Under the pieces are notes generated by a model. That model saw nothing but the letters and a program-made list of their open reading frames with translations, was not told where the DNA came from and did not search any database. Below, in pieces: positions 13,301-26,249 of a stretch of 64,000 bases of DNA. This stretch comes from Eledone cirrhosa (lineage: Eukaryota): positions 1-64,000 of the forward strand of contig CAXHJY010000139.1 in assembly GCA_964016885.1 (NCBI GenBank), in the 5' to 3' direction. How positions within the stretch are numbered: the stretch's first letter is position 1; every line of letters begins with the position of its first letter. The translations under genes and the position numbers were made by a program.

Positions 13301-16300
13301 TAGCTTAGGATAGCTTAGGATAGCTTAGCTTAGGATAGCTTAGCTTAGGATAGCTTAGGATAGCTTAGCTTAGGATAGCTTAGGATAGCTTAGCTTAGGA
13401 TAGCTTAGCTTAGCTTAGCTTAGGATAGCTTAGCTTAGCTTAGGATAGCTTAGCTTAGCTTAGCTTAGGATAGCTTAGCTTAGGATAGCTTAGGAAAGCT
13501 TAGCTTAGCTTAGCTTAGGATAGCTTAGCTTAGCTTAGCTTAGGATAGCTTAGCTTAGCTTAGGATAGCTTAGCTTAGCTTAGCTTAGGATAGCTTAGCT
13601 TAGCTTAGTTTAGGATAGCTTAGCTTAGCTTAGCTTAGGATAGCTTAGCTTGGCTTAGCTTAGGATAGCTTAGCTTAGCTTAGCTTAGGATAGCTTAGCT
13701 TAGGATAGCTTAGCTTAGCTTAGCTTAGGATAGCTTAGCTTAGCTTAGCTTAGGATAGCTTAGCTTAGGATAGCTTAGCTTAGCTTAGCTTAGGATAGCT
13801 TAGCATAGCTTAGCTTAGGATAGCTTAGCTTAGCTTAGCTTAGGATAGCTTAGCTTAGCTTAGGATAGCTTAGCTTAGCTTAGCTTAGGATAGCTTAGCT
13901 TAGCTTAGCTTAGGATAGCTTAGCTTAGCTTAGCTTAGGAAAGCTTAGCATAGCTTAGCTTAGGATAGCTTAGCTTAGCTTAGCTTAGGATAGCTTAGCT
14001 TAGCTTAGGATAGCTTAGCTTAGCTTGGCTTAGGGTAGCTTAGCTTAGCTTGGCTTAGGATAGCTTAGCTTAGCTTAGCTTAGGATAGCTTAGCTTAGGA
14101 TAGCTTAGGATAGCTTAGCTTAGCTTAGCTTAGGATAGCTTAGCTTAGTTTAGGATAGCTTAGCTTAGCTTAGCTTAGGATAGCTTAGGATAGCTTAGCT
14201 TAGGATAGCTTAGGATAGCTTAGCTTAGGATAGCTTAGGATAGCTTAGCTTAGGATAGCTTAGGATAGCTTAGGTTAGGATAGCTTAGCTTAGGATAGCT
14301 TAGGATAGCTTAGCTTAGGATAGCTTAGGATAGCTTAGCTTAGGATAGCTTAGGATAGCTTAGCTTAGGATAGCTTAGCTTAGGATAGCTTAGGAAAGCT
14401 TAGCTTAGCTTAGCTTAGGATAGCTTAGCTTAGCTTAGCTTAGGATAGCTTAGCTTAGCTTAGCTTAGGATAGCTTAGGATAGCTTAGCTTAGGATAGCT
14501 TAGGATAGCTTAGCTTAGGATAGCTTAGCTTAGGATAGCTTAGCTTAGGATAGCTTAGGATAGCTTAGCTTAGGATAGCTTAGGATAGCTTAGCTTAGGA
14601 TAGCTTAGCTTAGGATAGCTTAGGATAGCTTAGCTTAGCTTAGCTTAGGATAGCTTAGCTTAGCTTAGGATAGCTTAGCTTAGCTTAGCTTAGCTTAGGA
14701 TAGCTTAGCTTAGCTTAGGATAGCTTAGGATAGCTTAGCTTAGGATAGCTTAGGATAGCTTAGCTTAGGATAGCTTAGGATAGCTTAGCTTAGGATAGCT
14801 TAGGATAGCTTAGCTTAGGATAGCTTAGCTTAGGATAGCTTAGCTTAGCTTAGCTTAGGATAGCTTAGCTTAGGATAGCTTAGGATATCTTAGGTTAGGA
14901 TAGCTTAGCTTAGGATAGCTTAGGATAGATTAGCTTAGCTTAGCTTAGGATAGCTTAGCTTAGCTTAGCTTAGGATAGCTTAGCTTAGCTTAGGATAGCT
15001 TAGCTTAGCTTAGCTTAGGATAGCTTAGCTTAGCTTAGCTTAGGATAGCTTAGCTTAGCTTAGGATAGCTTAGCTTAGCTTAGCTTAGGATAGCTTAGCT
15101 TAGCTTAGCTTAGGATAGCTTAGCTTAGCTTAGCTTAGGATAGCTTAGCTTAGGATAGCTTAGCTTAGGATAGCTTAGCTTAGGTTAGCTTAGCTTAGCT
15201 TAGCTTAGGATAGCTTAGGATAGCTTAGCTTAGGATAACTTAGCTTAGCTTAGCTTAGGATAGCTTAGCTTAGCTTAGCTTAGGATAGCTTAGCTTAGCT
15301 TAGCTTAGGATAGCTTAGCTTAGGATAGCTTAGGATTGCTTAGCTTAGCTTAGCTTAGGATAGCTTAGCTTAGCTTAGCTTAGGATAGCTTAGCTTAGCT
15401 TAGGATAGCTTAGCTTAGCTTAGCTTAGGATAGCTTAGCTTAGCTTAGCTTAGGATAGCTTAGCTTAGCTTAGCTTAGGATAGCTTAGGATAGCTTAGGA
15501 TAGCTTAGCTTAGCTTAGCTTAGGATAGCTTAGCTTAGCTTAGGATAGCTTAGCTTAGCTTAGCTTAGGATAGCTTAGCTTAGCTAAAGATAGCTTAGCT
15601 TAGCTTAGCTTAGGATAGCTTAGCTTAGCTTAGCTTAGGATAGCTTAGCTTAGCTTAGCTTAGGATAGCTTAGCTTAGCTTAGCTTAGGATAGCTTAGCT
15701 TAGCTTAGCTTAGGATAGATTAGCTTAGCTTAGGATAGCTTAGCTTAGCTTAGCTTAGGAAAGCTTAGCTTAGCTTAGGATAGCTTAGCTTAGCTTAGCT
15801 TAGGAGAGCTTAGCTTAGCTTAGCTTAGGATAGCTTAGCTTAGCTTAGCTTAGGATAGCTTAGCTTAGCTTAGGTAGCTTAGCTTAGCTTAGCTTAGGAT
15901 AGCTTAGCTTAGCTTAGCTTAGCTTAGGATAGCTTAGCTTAGCTTAGCTTAGGAGAGCTTAGCTTAGCTTAGCTTAGGATAGCTTAGGATAGCTTAGCTT
16001 AGGATAGCTTAGGATAGCTTACCTTAGGAGAGCTTAGCTTAGGATAGCTTAGCTTAGGATAGCTTAGGATAGCTTAGCTTAGGATAGCTTAGCTTAGGAT
16101 AGCTTAGCTTAGGATAGCTTAGGATAGCTTAGCTTAGCTTAGCTTAGGATAGCTTAGCTTAGCTTAGCTTAGGATAGCTTAGCTTAGGTTAGCTTAGCTT
16201 AGCTTAGCTTAGCTTAGGATAGCTTAGCTTAGGATAGCTTAGGATAGCTTAGGATAGCTTAGCTTAGGATAGCTTAGCTTAGGATAGCTTAGGATAGCTT

Positions 16301-16800
16301 AGCTTAGGATAGCTTAGGATAGCTTAGCTTAGGATAGCTTAGCTTAGGATAGCTTAGGATAGCTTAGCTTAGCTTAGCTTAGGATAGCTTAGCTTAGCTT
16401 AGCTTAGGATAGCTTAGCTTAGCTTAGGATTGCTTAGCTTAGCTTAGCTTAGGATAGCTTAGGATAGCTTAGCTTAGGATAGCTTAGCTTAGGATAGCTT
16501 AGGATAGCTTAGGATAGCTTAGCTTAGCTTAGCTTAGGATAGCTTAGCTTAGCTTAGCTTAGGATAGCTTAGCTTAGCTTAGCTTAGGATAGCTTAGCTT
16601 AGCTTAGGATAGCTTAGCTTAGCTTAGCTTAGGATAGCTTAGCTTAGCTTAGCTTAGGACAGCTTAGCTTAGCTTAGCTTAGGATAGCTTAGCTTAGCTT
16701 AGGATAGCTTAGCTTAGCTTAGCTTAGGATAGCTTAGCTTAGGATAGCTTAGCTTAGGATAGCTTAGCTTGGGTTAGCTTAGCTTAGCTTAGCTTAGGAT
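9850..16800 (+). repeat. Tandem duplication, unit ~3.45-3.49 kb (boundaries approximate)
   Basis: GGAAA 10044/13493 (3449), TCTTA 11424/14888 (3464), GGTA 12384/15873 (3489), GGACA 13168/16657 (3489). The offset drifts in multiples of 5. Confidence 0.85.
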
Positions 16801-17659
16801 AGCTTAGGATAGCTTAGCTTAGGATAGCTTAGCTTAGCTTAGCTTAGGATAGCTTAGCTTAGCTTAGTTTAGGATAGCTTAGCTTAGCTTAGCTTAGCTT
16901 AGGATAGCTTAGCTTAGCTTAGCTTAGGATAGCTTAGCTTAGCTTAGGATAGTTTAGCTTAGCTTAGCTTAGGATAGCTTAGCTTAGCTTAGCTTAGGAT
17001 AGCTTAGCTTAGCTTAGCTTAGGATAGCTTAGCTTAGCTTAGCTTAGGATAGCTTAGCTTAGCTTAGCTTAGGATAGCTTAGCTTAGCTTAGGATAGCTT
17101 AGCTTAGCTTAGGATAGCTTAGCTTAGCTTAGCTTAGGATAGCTTAGCTTAGCTTAGCTTAGGATAGCTTAGCTTAGGATAGCTTAGCTTAGCTTAGCTT
17201 AGGATAGCTTAGCTTAGCTTAGCTTAGGATAGCTTAGCTTAGCTTAGCTTAGGATAGCTTAGCTTAGCTTAGCTTAGGATAGCTTAGCTTAGCTTAGCTT
17301 AGGATAGCTTAGCTTAGCTTAGCTTAGGATAGCTTAGCTTAGCTTAGCTTAGGATAGCTTAGCTTAGCTTAGCTTAGGATAGCTTAGCTTAGCTTAGCTT
17401 AGGATTGCTTAGCTTAGCTTGGCTTAGGATAGCTTAGCTTAGCTTGGCTTAGGATAGCTTAGCTTAGCTTAGCTTAGGATAGCTTAGCTTAGCTTAGCTT
17501 AGGATAGCTTAGCTTAGCTTAGCTTAGGATAGCTTAGCTTAGCTTAGGATAGCTTAGCTTAGTTTAGGATAGCTTAGCTTAGCTTAGCTTAGGATAGCTT
17601 AGGATAGCTTAGCTTAGGATAGCTTAGGATAGCTTAGCTTAGGATAGCTTAGGATAGCT

Positions 17660-20600
17660 TAGGTTAGGATAGCTTAGCTTAGGATAGCTTAGGATAGCTT
17701 AGCTTAGGATAGCTTAGGATAGCTTAGCTTAGGATAGCTTAGGATAGCTTAGCTTAGGATAGCTTAGCTTAGGATAGCTTAGCTTAGGATAGCTTAGGAA
17801 AGCTTAGCTTAGCTTAGCTTAGGATAGCTTAGCTTAGCTTAGCTTAGGATAGCTTAGCTTAGCTTAGCTTAGGATAGCTTAGGATAGCTTAGCTTAGGAT
17901 AGCTTAGGATAGCTTAGCTTAGGATAGCTTAGCTTAGGATAGCTTAGCTTAGGATAGCTTAGCTTAGGATAGCTTAGGATAGCTTAGCTTAGGATTGCTT
18001 AGGATAGCTTAGCTTAGGATAGCTTAGCTTAGGATAGCTTAGGATAGCTTAGCTTAGCTTAGCTTAGGATAGCTTAGCTTAGCTTAGCTTAGTATAGCTT
18101 AGCTTAGCTTAGCTTAGCTTAGGATAGCTTAGCTTAGCTTAGCTTAGGATAGCTTAGGATAGCTTAGCTTAGGATAGCTTAGGATAGCTTAGCTTAGGAT
18201 AGCTTAGGATAGCTTAGCTTAGGATAGCTTAGGATAGCTTAGCTTAGGATAGCTTAGCTTAGGATAGCTTAGCTTAGCTTAGCTTAGGATAGCTTAGCTT
18301 AGGATAGCTTAGGATAGCTTAGCTTAGGATAGCTTAGCTTAGGATAGCTTAGGATAGCTTAGCTTAGCTTAGCTTAGGATAGCTTAGCTTAGCTTAGGAT
18401 AGCTTAGCTTAGCTTAGGATAGCTTAGCTTAGCTTAGCTTAGGATAGCTTAGCTTAGCTTAGCTTAGGATAGCTTAGCTTAGCTTAGCTTAGGATAGCTT
18501 AGCTTAGCTTAGCTTAGGATAGCTTAGCTTAGCTTAGGATAGCTTAGCTTAGGATAGCTTAGGATAGCTTAGCTTAGGATAGCTTAGCTTAGGATAGCTT
18601 AGCTTAGGTTAGCTTAGCTTAGCTTAGCTTAGGATAGCTTAGGATAGCTTAGCTTAGGATAGCTTAGCTTAGCTTAGCTTAGGATAGCTTAGCTTAGCTT
18701 AGCTTAGGATAGCTTAGCTTAGCTTAGGATAGCTTAGCTTAGGATAGCTTAGGATAGCTTAGCTTAGCTTAGCTTAGGATAGCTTAGCTTAGCTTAGCTT
18801 AGGATAGCTTAGCTTAGCTTAGGATAGCTTAGCTTAGCTTAGCTTAGGATAGCTTAGCTTAGCTTAGCTTAGGATAGCTTAGCTTAGGTTAGCTTAGGAT
18901 AGCTTAGGATAGCTTAGGATAGCTTAGCTTAGCTTAGCTTAGCTTAGGATAGCTTAGCTTAGCTTAGCTTAGGATAGCTTAGCTTAGCTTAGCTTAGGAT
19001 AGCTTAGCTTAGCTTAGGATAGCTTAGCTTAGCTTAGCTTAGGATAGCTTAGCTTAGCTTAGGATAGCTTAGCTTAGCTTAGCTTAGGATAGCTTAGCTT
19101 AGCTTAGCTTAGGATAGCTTAGCTTAGCTTAGCTTAGGATAGCTTAGCTTAGCTTAGCTTAGGATAGCTTAGCTTAGCTTAGCTTAGGATAGATTAGCTT
19201 AGCTTAGGATAGCTTAGCTTAGCTTAGCTTAGGAAAGCTTAGCTTAGCTTAGGATAGCTTAGCTTAGCTTAGCTTAGGAGAGTTTAGCTTAGCTTAGCTT
19301 AGGAAAACTTAGCTTAGCTTAGCTTAGCTTAGGATAGCTTAGCTTAGCTTAGCTTAGGTAGCTTAGCTTAGCTTAGCTTAGGATAGCTTAGCTTAGCTTA
19401 GCTTAGCTTAGCTTAGGATAGCTTAGCTTAGCTTAGCTTAGGAGAGCTTAGCTTAGCTTAGGATAGCTTAGGATAGCTTAGCTTAGGATAGCTTAGGATA
19501 GCTTACCTTAGGAGAGCTTAGCTTAGGATAGCTTAGCTTAGGATAGCTTAGGATAGCTTAGCTTAGGATAGCTTAGCTTAGGATAGCTTAGCTTAGGATA
19601 GCTTAGGATAGCTTAGCTTAGCTTAGCTTAGGATAGCTTAGCTTAGCTTAGCTTAGGACAGCTTAGCTTAGGTTAGCTTAGCTTAGGATAGCTTAGGATA
19701 GCTTAGCTTAGGATAGCTTAGGATAGCTTAGCTTAGGATAGCTTAGGATAGCTTAGCTTAGGATAGCTTAGCTTAGGATAGCTTAGGATAGCTTAGCTTA
19801 GGATAGCTTAGGATAGCTTAGCTTAGGATAGCTTAGGATAGCTTAGCTTAGGATAGCTTAGGATAGGTTAGGTTAGGATAGCTTAGCTTAGGATAGCTTA
19901 GGATAGCTTAGCTTAGGATAGCTTAGGATAGCTTAGCTTAGGATAGCTTAGGATAGCTTAGCTTAGGATAGCTTAGCTTAGGATAGCTTAGCTTAGGATA
20001 GCTTAGGAAAGCTTAGCTTAGCTTAGCTTAGGATAGCTTAGCTTAGCTTAGCTTAGGATAGCTTAGCTTAGCTTAGCTTAGGATAGCTTAGGATAGCTTA
20101 GCTTAGGATAGCTTAGGATAGCTTAGCTTAGGATAGCTTAGCTTAGGATAGCTTAGCTTAGGATAGCTTAGCTTAGGATAGCTTAGGATAGCTTAGCTTA
20201 GGATAGCTTAGGATAGCTTAGCTTAGGATAGCTTAGCTTAGGATAGCTTAGGATAGCTTAGCTTAGCTTAGCTTAGGATAGCTTAGCTTAGCTTAGCTTA
20301 GTATAGCTTAGCTTAGCTTAGCTTAGCTTAGGATAGCTTAGCTTAGCTTAGCTTAGGATAGCTTAGGATAGCTTAGCTTAGGATAGCTTAGGATAGCTTA
20401 GCTTAGGATAGCTTAGGATAGCTTAGCTTAGGATAGCTTAGGATAGCTTAGCTTAGGATAGCTTAGCTTAGGATAGCTTAGCTTAGCTTAGCTTAGGATA
20501 GCTTAGCTTAGGATAGCTTAGGATAGCTTAGCTTAGGATAGCTTAGCTTAGGATAGCTTAGGATAGCTTAGCTTAGCTTAGCTTAGGATAGCTTAGCTTA

Positions 20601-22070
20601 GCTTAGGATAGCTTAGCTTAGCTTAGGATAGCTTAGCTTAGCTTAGCTTAGGATAGCTTAGCTTAGCTTAGCTTAGGATAGCTTAGCTTAGCTTAGCTTA
20701 GGATAGCTTAGCTTAGCTTAGCTTAGGATAGCTTAGCTTAGCTTAGGATAGCTTAGCTTAGGATAGCTTAGGATAGCTTAGCTTAGGATAGCTTAGCTTA
20801 GGATAGCTTAGCTTAGGTTAGCTTAGCTTAGCTTAGCTTAGGATAGCTTAGGATAGCTTAGCTTAGGATAGCTTAGCTTAGCTTAGCTTAGGATAGCTTA
20901 GCTTAGCTTAGCTTAGGATAGCTTAGCTTAGCTTAGGATAGCTTAGCTTAGGATAGCTTAGGATAGCTTAGCTTAGCTTAGCTTAGGATAGCTTAGCTTA
21001 GCTTAGCTTAGGATAGCTTAGCTTAGCTTAGGATAGCTTAGCTTAGCTTAGCTTAGGATAGCTTAGCTTAGCTTAGCTTAGGATAGCTTAGCTTAGGTTA
21101 GCTTAGGATAGCTTAGGATAGCTTAGGATAGCTTAGCTTAGCTTAGCTTAGCTTAGGATAGCTTAGCTTAGCTTAGCTTAGGATAGCTTAGCTTAGCTTA
21201 GCTTAGGATAGCTTAGCTTAGCTTAGGATAGCTTAGCTTAGCTTAGCTTAGGATAGCTTAGCTTAGCTTAGGATAGCTTAGCTTAGCTTAGCTTAGGATA
21301 GCTTAGCTTAGCTTAGCTTAGGATAGCTTAGCTTAGCTTAGCTTAGGATAGCTTAGCTTAGCTTAGCTTAGGATAGCTTAGCTTAGCTTAGCTTAGGATA
21401 GATTAGCTTAGCTTAGGATAGCTTAGCTTAGCTTAGCTTAGGAAAGCTTAGCTTAGCTTAGGATAGCTTAGCTTAGCTTAGCTTAGGAGAGCTTAGCTTA
21501 GCTTAGCTTAGGAAAACTTAGCTTAGCTTAGCTTAGCTTAGGATAGCTTAGCTTAGCTTAGCTTAGGTAGCTTAGCTTAGCTTAGCTTAGGATAGCTTAG
21601 CTTAGCTTAGCTTAGCTTAGCTTAGGATAGCTTAGCTTAGCTTAGCTTAGGAGAGCTTAGCTTAGCTTAGGATAGCTTAGGATAGCTTAGCTTAGGATAG
21701 CTTAGGATAGCTTACCTTAGGAGAGCTTAGCTTAGGATAGCTTAGCTTAGGATAGCTTAGGATAGCTTAGCTTAGGATAGCTTAGCTTAGGATAGCTTAG
21801 CTTAGGATAGCTTAGGATAGCTTAGCTTAGCTTAGCTTAGGATAGCTTAGCTTAGCTTAGCTTAGGACAGCTTAGCTTAGGTTAGCTTAGCTTAGGATAG
21901 CTTAGGATAGCTTAGCTTAGGATAGCTTAGGATAGCTTAGCTTAGGATAGCTTAGGATAGCTTAGCTTAGGATAGCTTAGCTTAGGATAGCTTAGGATAG
22001 CTTAGCTTAGGATAGCTTAGGATAGCTTAGCTTAGGATAGCTTAGGATAGCTTAGCTTAGGATAGCTTAG
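17660..22070 (+). repeat. Tandem duplication, unit 2209 bp
   Basis: Constant offset 2209: GGTTA 17662/19871, GTATA 18092/20301, GGAAA-ACTTA 19302/21511, GGTA 19357/21566, GGACA 19656/21865. Confidence 0.92.
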
Positions 22071-25000
22071 CTTAGGATAGCTTAGGATAGCTTAGCTTAG
22101 CTTAGCTTAGGATAGCTTAGCTTAGCTTAGCTTAGGATAGCTTAGCTTAGCTTAGCTTAGGATAGCTTAGCTTAGCTTAGCTTAGGATAGCTTAGGATAG
22201 CTTAGCTTAGGATAGCTTAGGATAGCTTAGCTTAGGATAGCTTAGGATAGCTTAGGATAGCTTAGCTTAGCTTAGCTTAGGATAGCTTAGCTTAGCTTAG
22301 CTTAGGATAGCTTAGCTTAGCTTAGCTTAGGATAGCTTAGCTTAGCTTAGGATAGCTTAGCTTAGCTTAGCTTAGGATAGCTTAGCTTAGCTTAGGATAG
22401 CTTAGCTTAGCTTAGCTTAGGATAGCTTAGCTTAGCTTAGGATAGCTTAGCTTAGCTTAGCTTAGGATAGCTTAGCTTAGCTTAGCTTAGGATAGCTTAG
22501 CTTAGGATAGCTTAGCTTAGGATAGCTTAGCTTAGGTTAGCTTAGCTTAGCTTAGCTTAGGATAGCTTAGGATAGCTTAGCTTAGGATAGCTTAGCTTAG
22601 CTTAGCTTAGGATAGCTTAGCTTAGCTTAGCTTAGGATAGCTTAGCTTAGCTTAGCTTAGGATAGCTTAGCTTAGGATAGCTTAGGATAGCTTAGCTTAG
22701 CTTAGCTTAGGATAGCTTAGCTTAGCTTAGCTTAGGATAGCTTAGCTTAGCTTAGGATAGCTTAGCTTAGCTTAGCTTAGGATAGCTTAGCTTAGCTTAG
22801 CTTAGGATAGCTTAGCTTAGCTTAGCTTAGGATAGCTTAGGATAGCTTAGGATAGCTTAGCTTAGCTTAGGATAGCTTAGCTTAGCTTAGCTTAGGATAG
22901 CTTAGCTTAGCTTAGCTTAGGATAGCTTAGCTTAGCTTAGGATAGCTTAGCTTAACTTAGCTTAGGATAGCTTAGCTTAGCTTAGCTTAGGATAGCTTAG
23001 CTTAGCTTAGCTTAGGATAGCTTAGCTTAGCTTAGCTTAGGATAGCTTAGCTTAGCTTAGCTTAGTAGAGCTTAGCTTAGCTTAGCTTAGGATAGCTTAG
23101 CTTAGCTTAGCTTAGCTTAGGATAGCTTAGCTTAGCTTAGGATAGATTAGCTTAGCTTAGGATAGCTTAGCTTAGCTTAGCTTAGGAAACCTTAGCTTAG
23201 CTTAGGATAGCTTAGCTTAGCTTAGCTTAGGAGAGCTTAGCTTAGCTTAGCTTAGGATAGCTTAGCTTAGCTTAGCTTAGGATAGCTTAGGATAGCTTAG
23301 CTTAGGATAGCTTAGGATAGCTTAGCTTAGGATAGCTTAGGATAGCTTAGCTTAGGATAGCTTAGCTTAGGATAGCTTAGGATAGCTTAGCTTAGCTTAG
23401 CTTAGGATAGCTTAGGATAGCTTAGCTTAGGATAGCTTAGGATAGCTTAGCTTAGGATAGATTAGGATAGCTTAGCTTAGGATAGCTTAGGATAGCTTAG
23501 CTTAGGATAGCTTAGCTTAGCTTAGCTTAGGATAGCTTAGCTTGGGATAGCTTAGGATAGCTTAGCTTAGGATAGCTTAGGATAGCTTAGCTTAGCTTAG
23601 CTTAGGATAGCTTAGCTTAGCTTAGCTTAGGATAGCTTAGCTTAGCTTAGGATAGCTTAGCTTAGCTTAGCTTAGGATAGCTTAGCTTAGCTTAGCTTAG
23701 GATAGCTTAGCTTAGCTTAGCTTAGGATAGCTTAGCTTAGCTTAGCTTAGGATAGCTTAGCTTAGCTTAGCTTAGGATAGCTTAGCTTAGCTTAGCTTAG
23801 AATAGCTTAGCTTAGGATAGCTTAGCTTAGGATAGCTTAGCTTAGGATAGCTTAGGATAGCTTAGCTTAGGATAGCTTAGGATAGCTTAGCTTAGGATAG
23901 CTTAGCTTAGCTTAGCTTAGGATAGCTTAGCTTAGCTTAGGATAGCTTAGCTTAGCTTAGATTAGGATAGCTTAGCTTAGGATAGCTTAGGAAAGCTTAG
24001 CTTAGCTTAGCTTAGGATAGCTTAGCTTAGCTTAGCTTAGGATAGCTTAGCTTAGCTTAGGATAGTTTAGCTTAGCTTAGCTTAGGATAGCTTAGCTTAG
24101 CTTAGCTTAGGATAACTTAGCTTAGCTTAGCTTAGGATAGCTTAGCTTAGCTTAGGATAGCTTAGCTTAGCTTAGCTTAGGATAGCTTAGCTTAGCTTAG
24201 CTTAGGATAGCTTAGCTTAGCTTAGCTTAGGATAGCTTAGCTTAGGATAGCTTAGCTTAGCTTAGCTTAGGATAGCTTAGCTTAGCTTAGCTTAGGATAG
24301 CTTAGCTTAGCTTAGCTTAGGATAGCTTAGCTTAGCTTAGCTTAGTATAGCTTAGCTTAGCTTAGCTTAGGATAGCTTAGCTTAGCTTAGCTTAGGATAG
24401 CTTAGCTTAGCTTAGCTTAGGATAGCTTAGCTTAGCTTAGCTTAGGATAGCTTAGCTTAGCTTAGCTTAGGATAGCTTAGCTTAGCTTGGCTTAGGATAG
24501 CTTAGCTTAGCTTGGCTTAGGATAGCTTAGCTTAGCTTAGCTTAGGATAGCTTAGCTTAGCTTAGCTTAGGATAGCTTAGCTTAGCTTAGCTTAGGATAG
24601 CTTAGCTTAGCTTAGCTTAGGATAGCTTAGCTTAGTTTAGGATAGCTTAGCTTAGCTTAGCTTAGGATAGCTTAGGATAGCTTAGCTTAGGATAGCTTAG
24701 GATAGCTTAGCTTAGGATAGCTTAGGATAGCTTAGGTTAGGATAGCTTAGCTTAGGATAGCTTAGGATAGCTTAGCTTAGGATAGCTTAGGATAGCTTAG
24801 CTTAGGATAGCTTAGGATAGCTTAGCTTAGGATAGCTTAGCTTAGGATAGCTTAGGAAAGCTTAGCTTAGCTTAGCTTAGGATAGCTTAGCTTAGCTTAG
24901 CTTAGGATAGCTTAGCTTAGCTTAGCTTAGGATAGCTTAGGATAGCTTAGCTTAGGATAGCTTAGGATAGCTTAGCTTAGGATAGCTTAGCTTAGGAGAG

Positions 25001-26249
25001 CTTAGCTTAGGATAGCTTAGGATAGCTTAGCTTAGGATAGCTTAGGATAGCTTAGCTTAGGATAGCTTAGCTTAGGATAGCTTAGGATAGCTTAGCTTAG
25101 CTTAGCTTAGGATAGCTTAGCTTAGCTTAGCTTAGGATAGCTTAGCTTAGCTTAGCTTAGCTTAGGATAGCTTAGCTTAGCTTAGCTTAGGATAGCTTAG
25201 GATAGCTTAGCTTAGGATAGCTTAGGATAGCTTAGCTTAGGATAGCTTAGGATAGCTTAGCTTAGGATAGCTTAGGATAGCTTAGCTTAGGATAGCTTAG
25301 CTTAGGATAGCTTAGCTTAGCTTAGCTTAGGATAGCTTAGCTTAGGATAGCTTAGGATAGCTTAGCTTAGGATAGCTTAGCTTAGCTTAGCTTAGGATAG
25401 CTTAGCTTAGCTTAGCTTAGGATAGCTTAGCTTAGCTTAGCTTAGGATAGCTTAGCTTAGCTTAGGATAGCTTAGCTTAGCTTAGCTTAGGAAAGCTTAG
25501 CTTAGCTTAGCTTAGGATAGCTTAGCTTAGGATAGCTTAGCTTAGGATAGCTTAGCTTAGGTTAGCTTAGCTTAGCTTAGCTTAGGATAGCTTAGGATAG
25601 CTTAGCTTAGGATAGCTTAGCTTAGCTTAGCTTAGGATAGCTTAGCCTAGCTTAGCTTAGGATAGCTTAGCTTAGCTTAGCTTAGGATAGCTTAGCTTAG
25701 GATAGCTTAGGATAGCTTAGCTTAGCTTAGCTTAGGATAGCTTAGCTTAGCTTAGGATAGCTTAGCTTAGCTTAGGATAGCTTAGCTTAGCTTAGCTTAG
25801 GATAGCTTAGCTTAGCTTAGCTTAGGATAGCTTAGCTTAGGTTAGCTTAGGATAGCTTAGGATAGCTTAGGATAGCTTAGCTTAGCTTAGCTTAGGATAG
25901 CTTAACTTAGCTTAGGATAGCTTAGCTTAGCTTAGCTTAGGATAGCTTAGCTTAGCTTAGCTTAGGATAGCTTAGCTTAGCTTAGCTTAGGATAGCTTAG
26001 CTTAGCTTAGCTTAGGATAGCTTAGCTTAGCTTAGCTTAGGATAGCTTAGCTTAGCTTAGCTTAGAATAGCTTAGCTTAGGATAGCTTAGCTTAGGATAG
26101 CTTAGGATAGCTTAGCTTAGGATAGCTTAGGATAGCTTAGCTTAGGATAGCTTAGCTTAGCTTAGCTTAGGATAGCTTAGCTTAGCTTAGGATAGCTTAG
26201 CTTAGCTTAGCTTAGGATAGCTTAGCTTAGGATAGCTTAGGAAAGCTTA

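Noticed and set aside
15583-15592. Singleton double variant GCTAA-AGATA, and other singletons such as GCATG 3706 and GGATG 11279
   Set aside because: Each is seen once and is absent from sister copies, so it cannot be told apart from a private mutation or consensus error.
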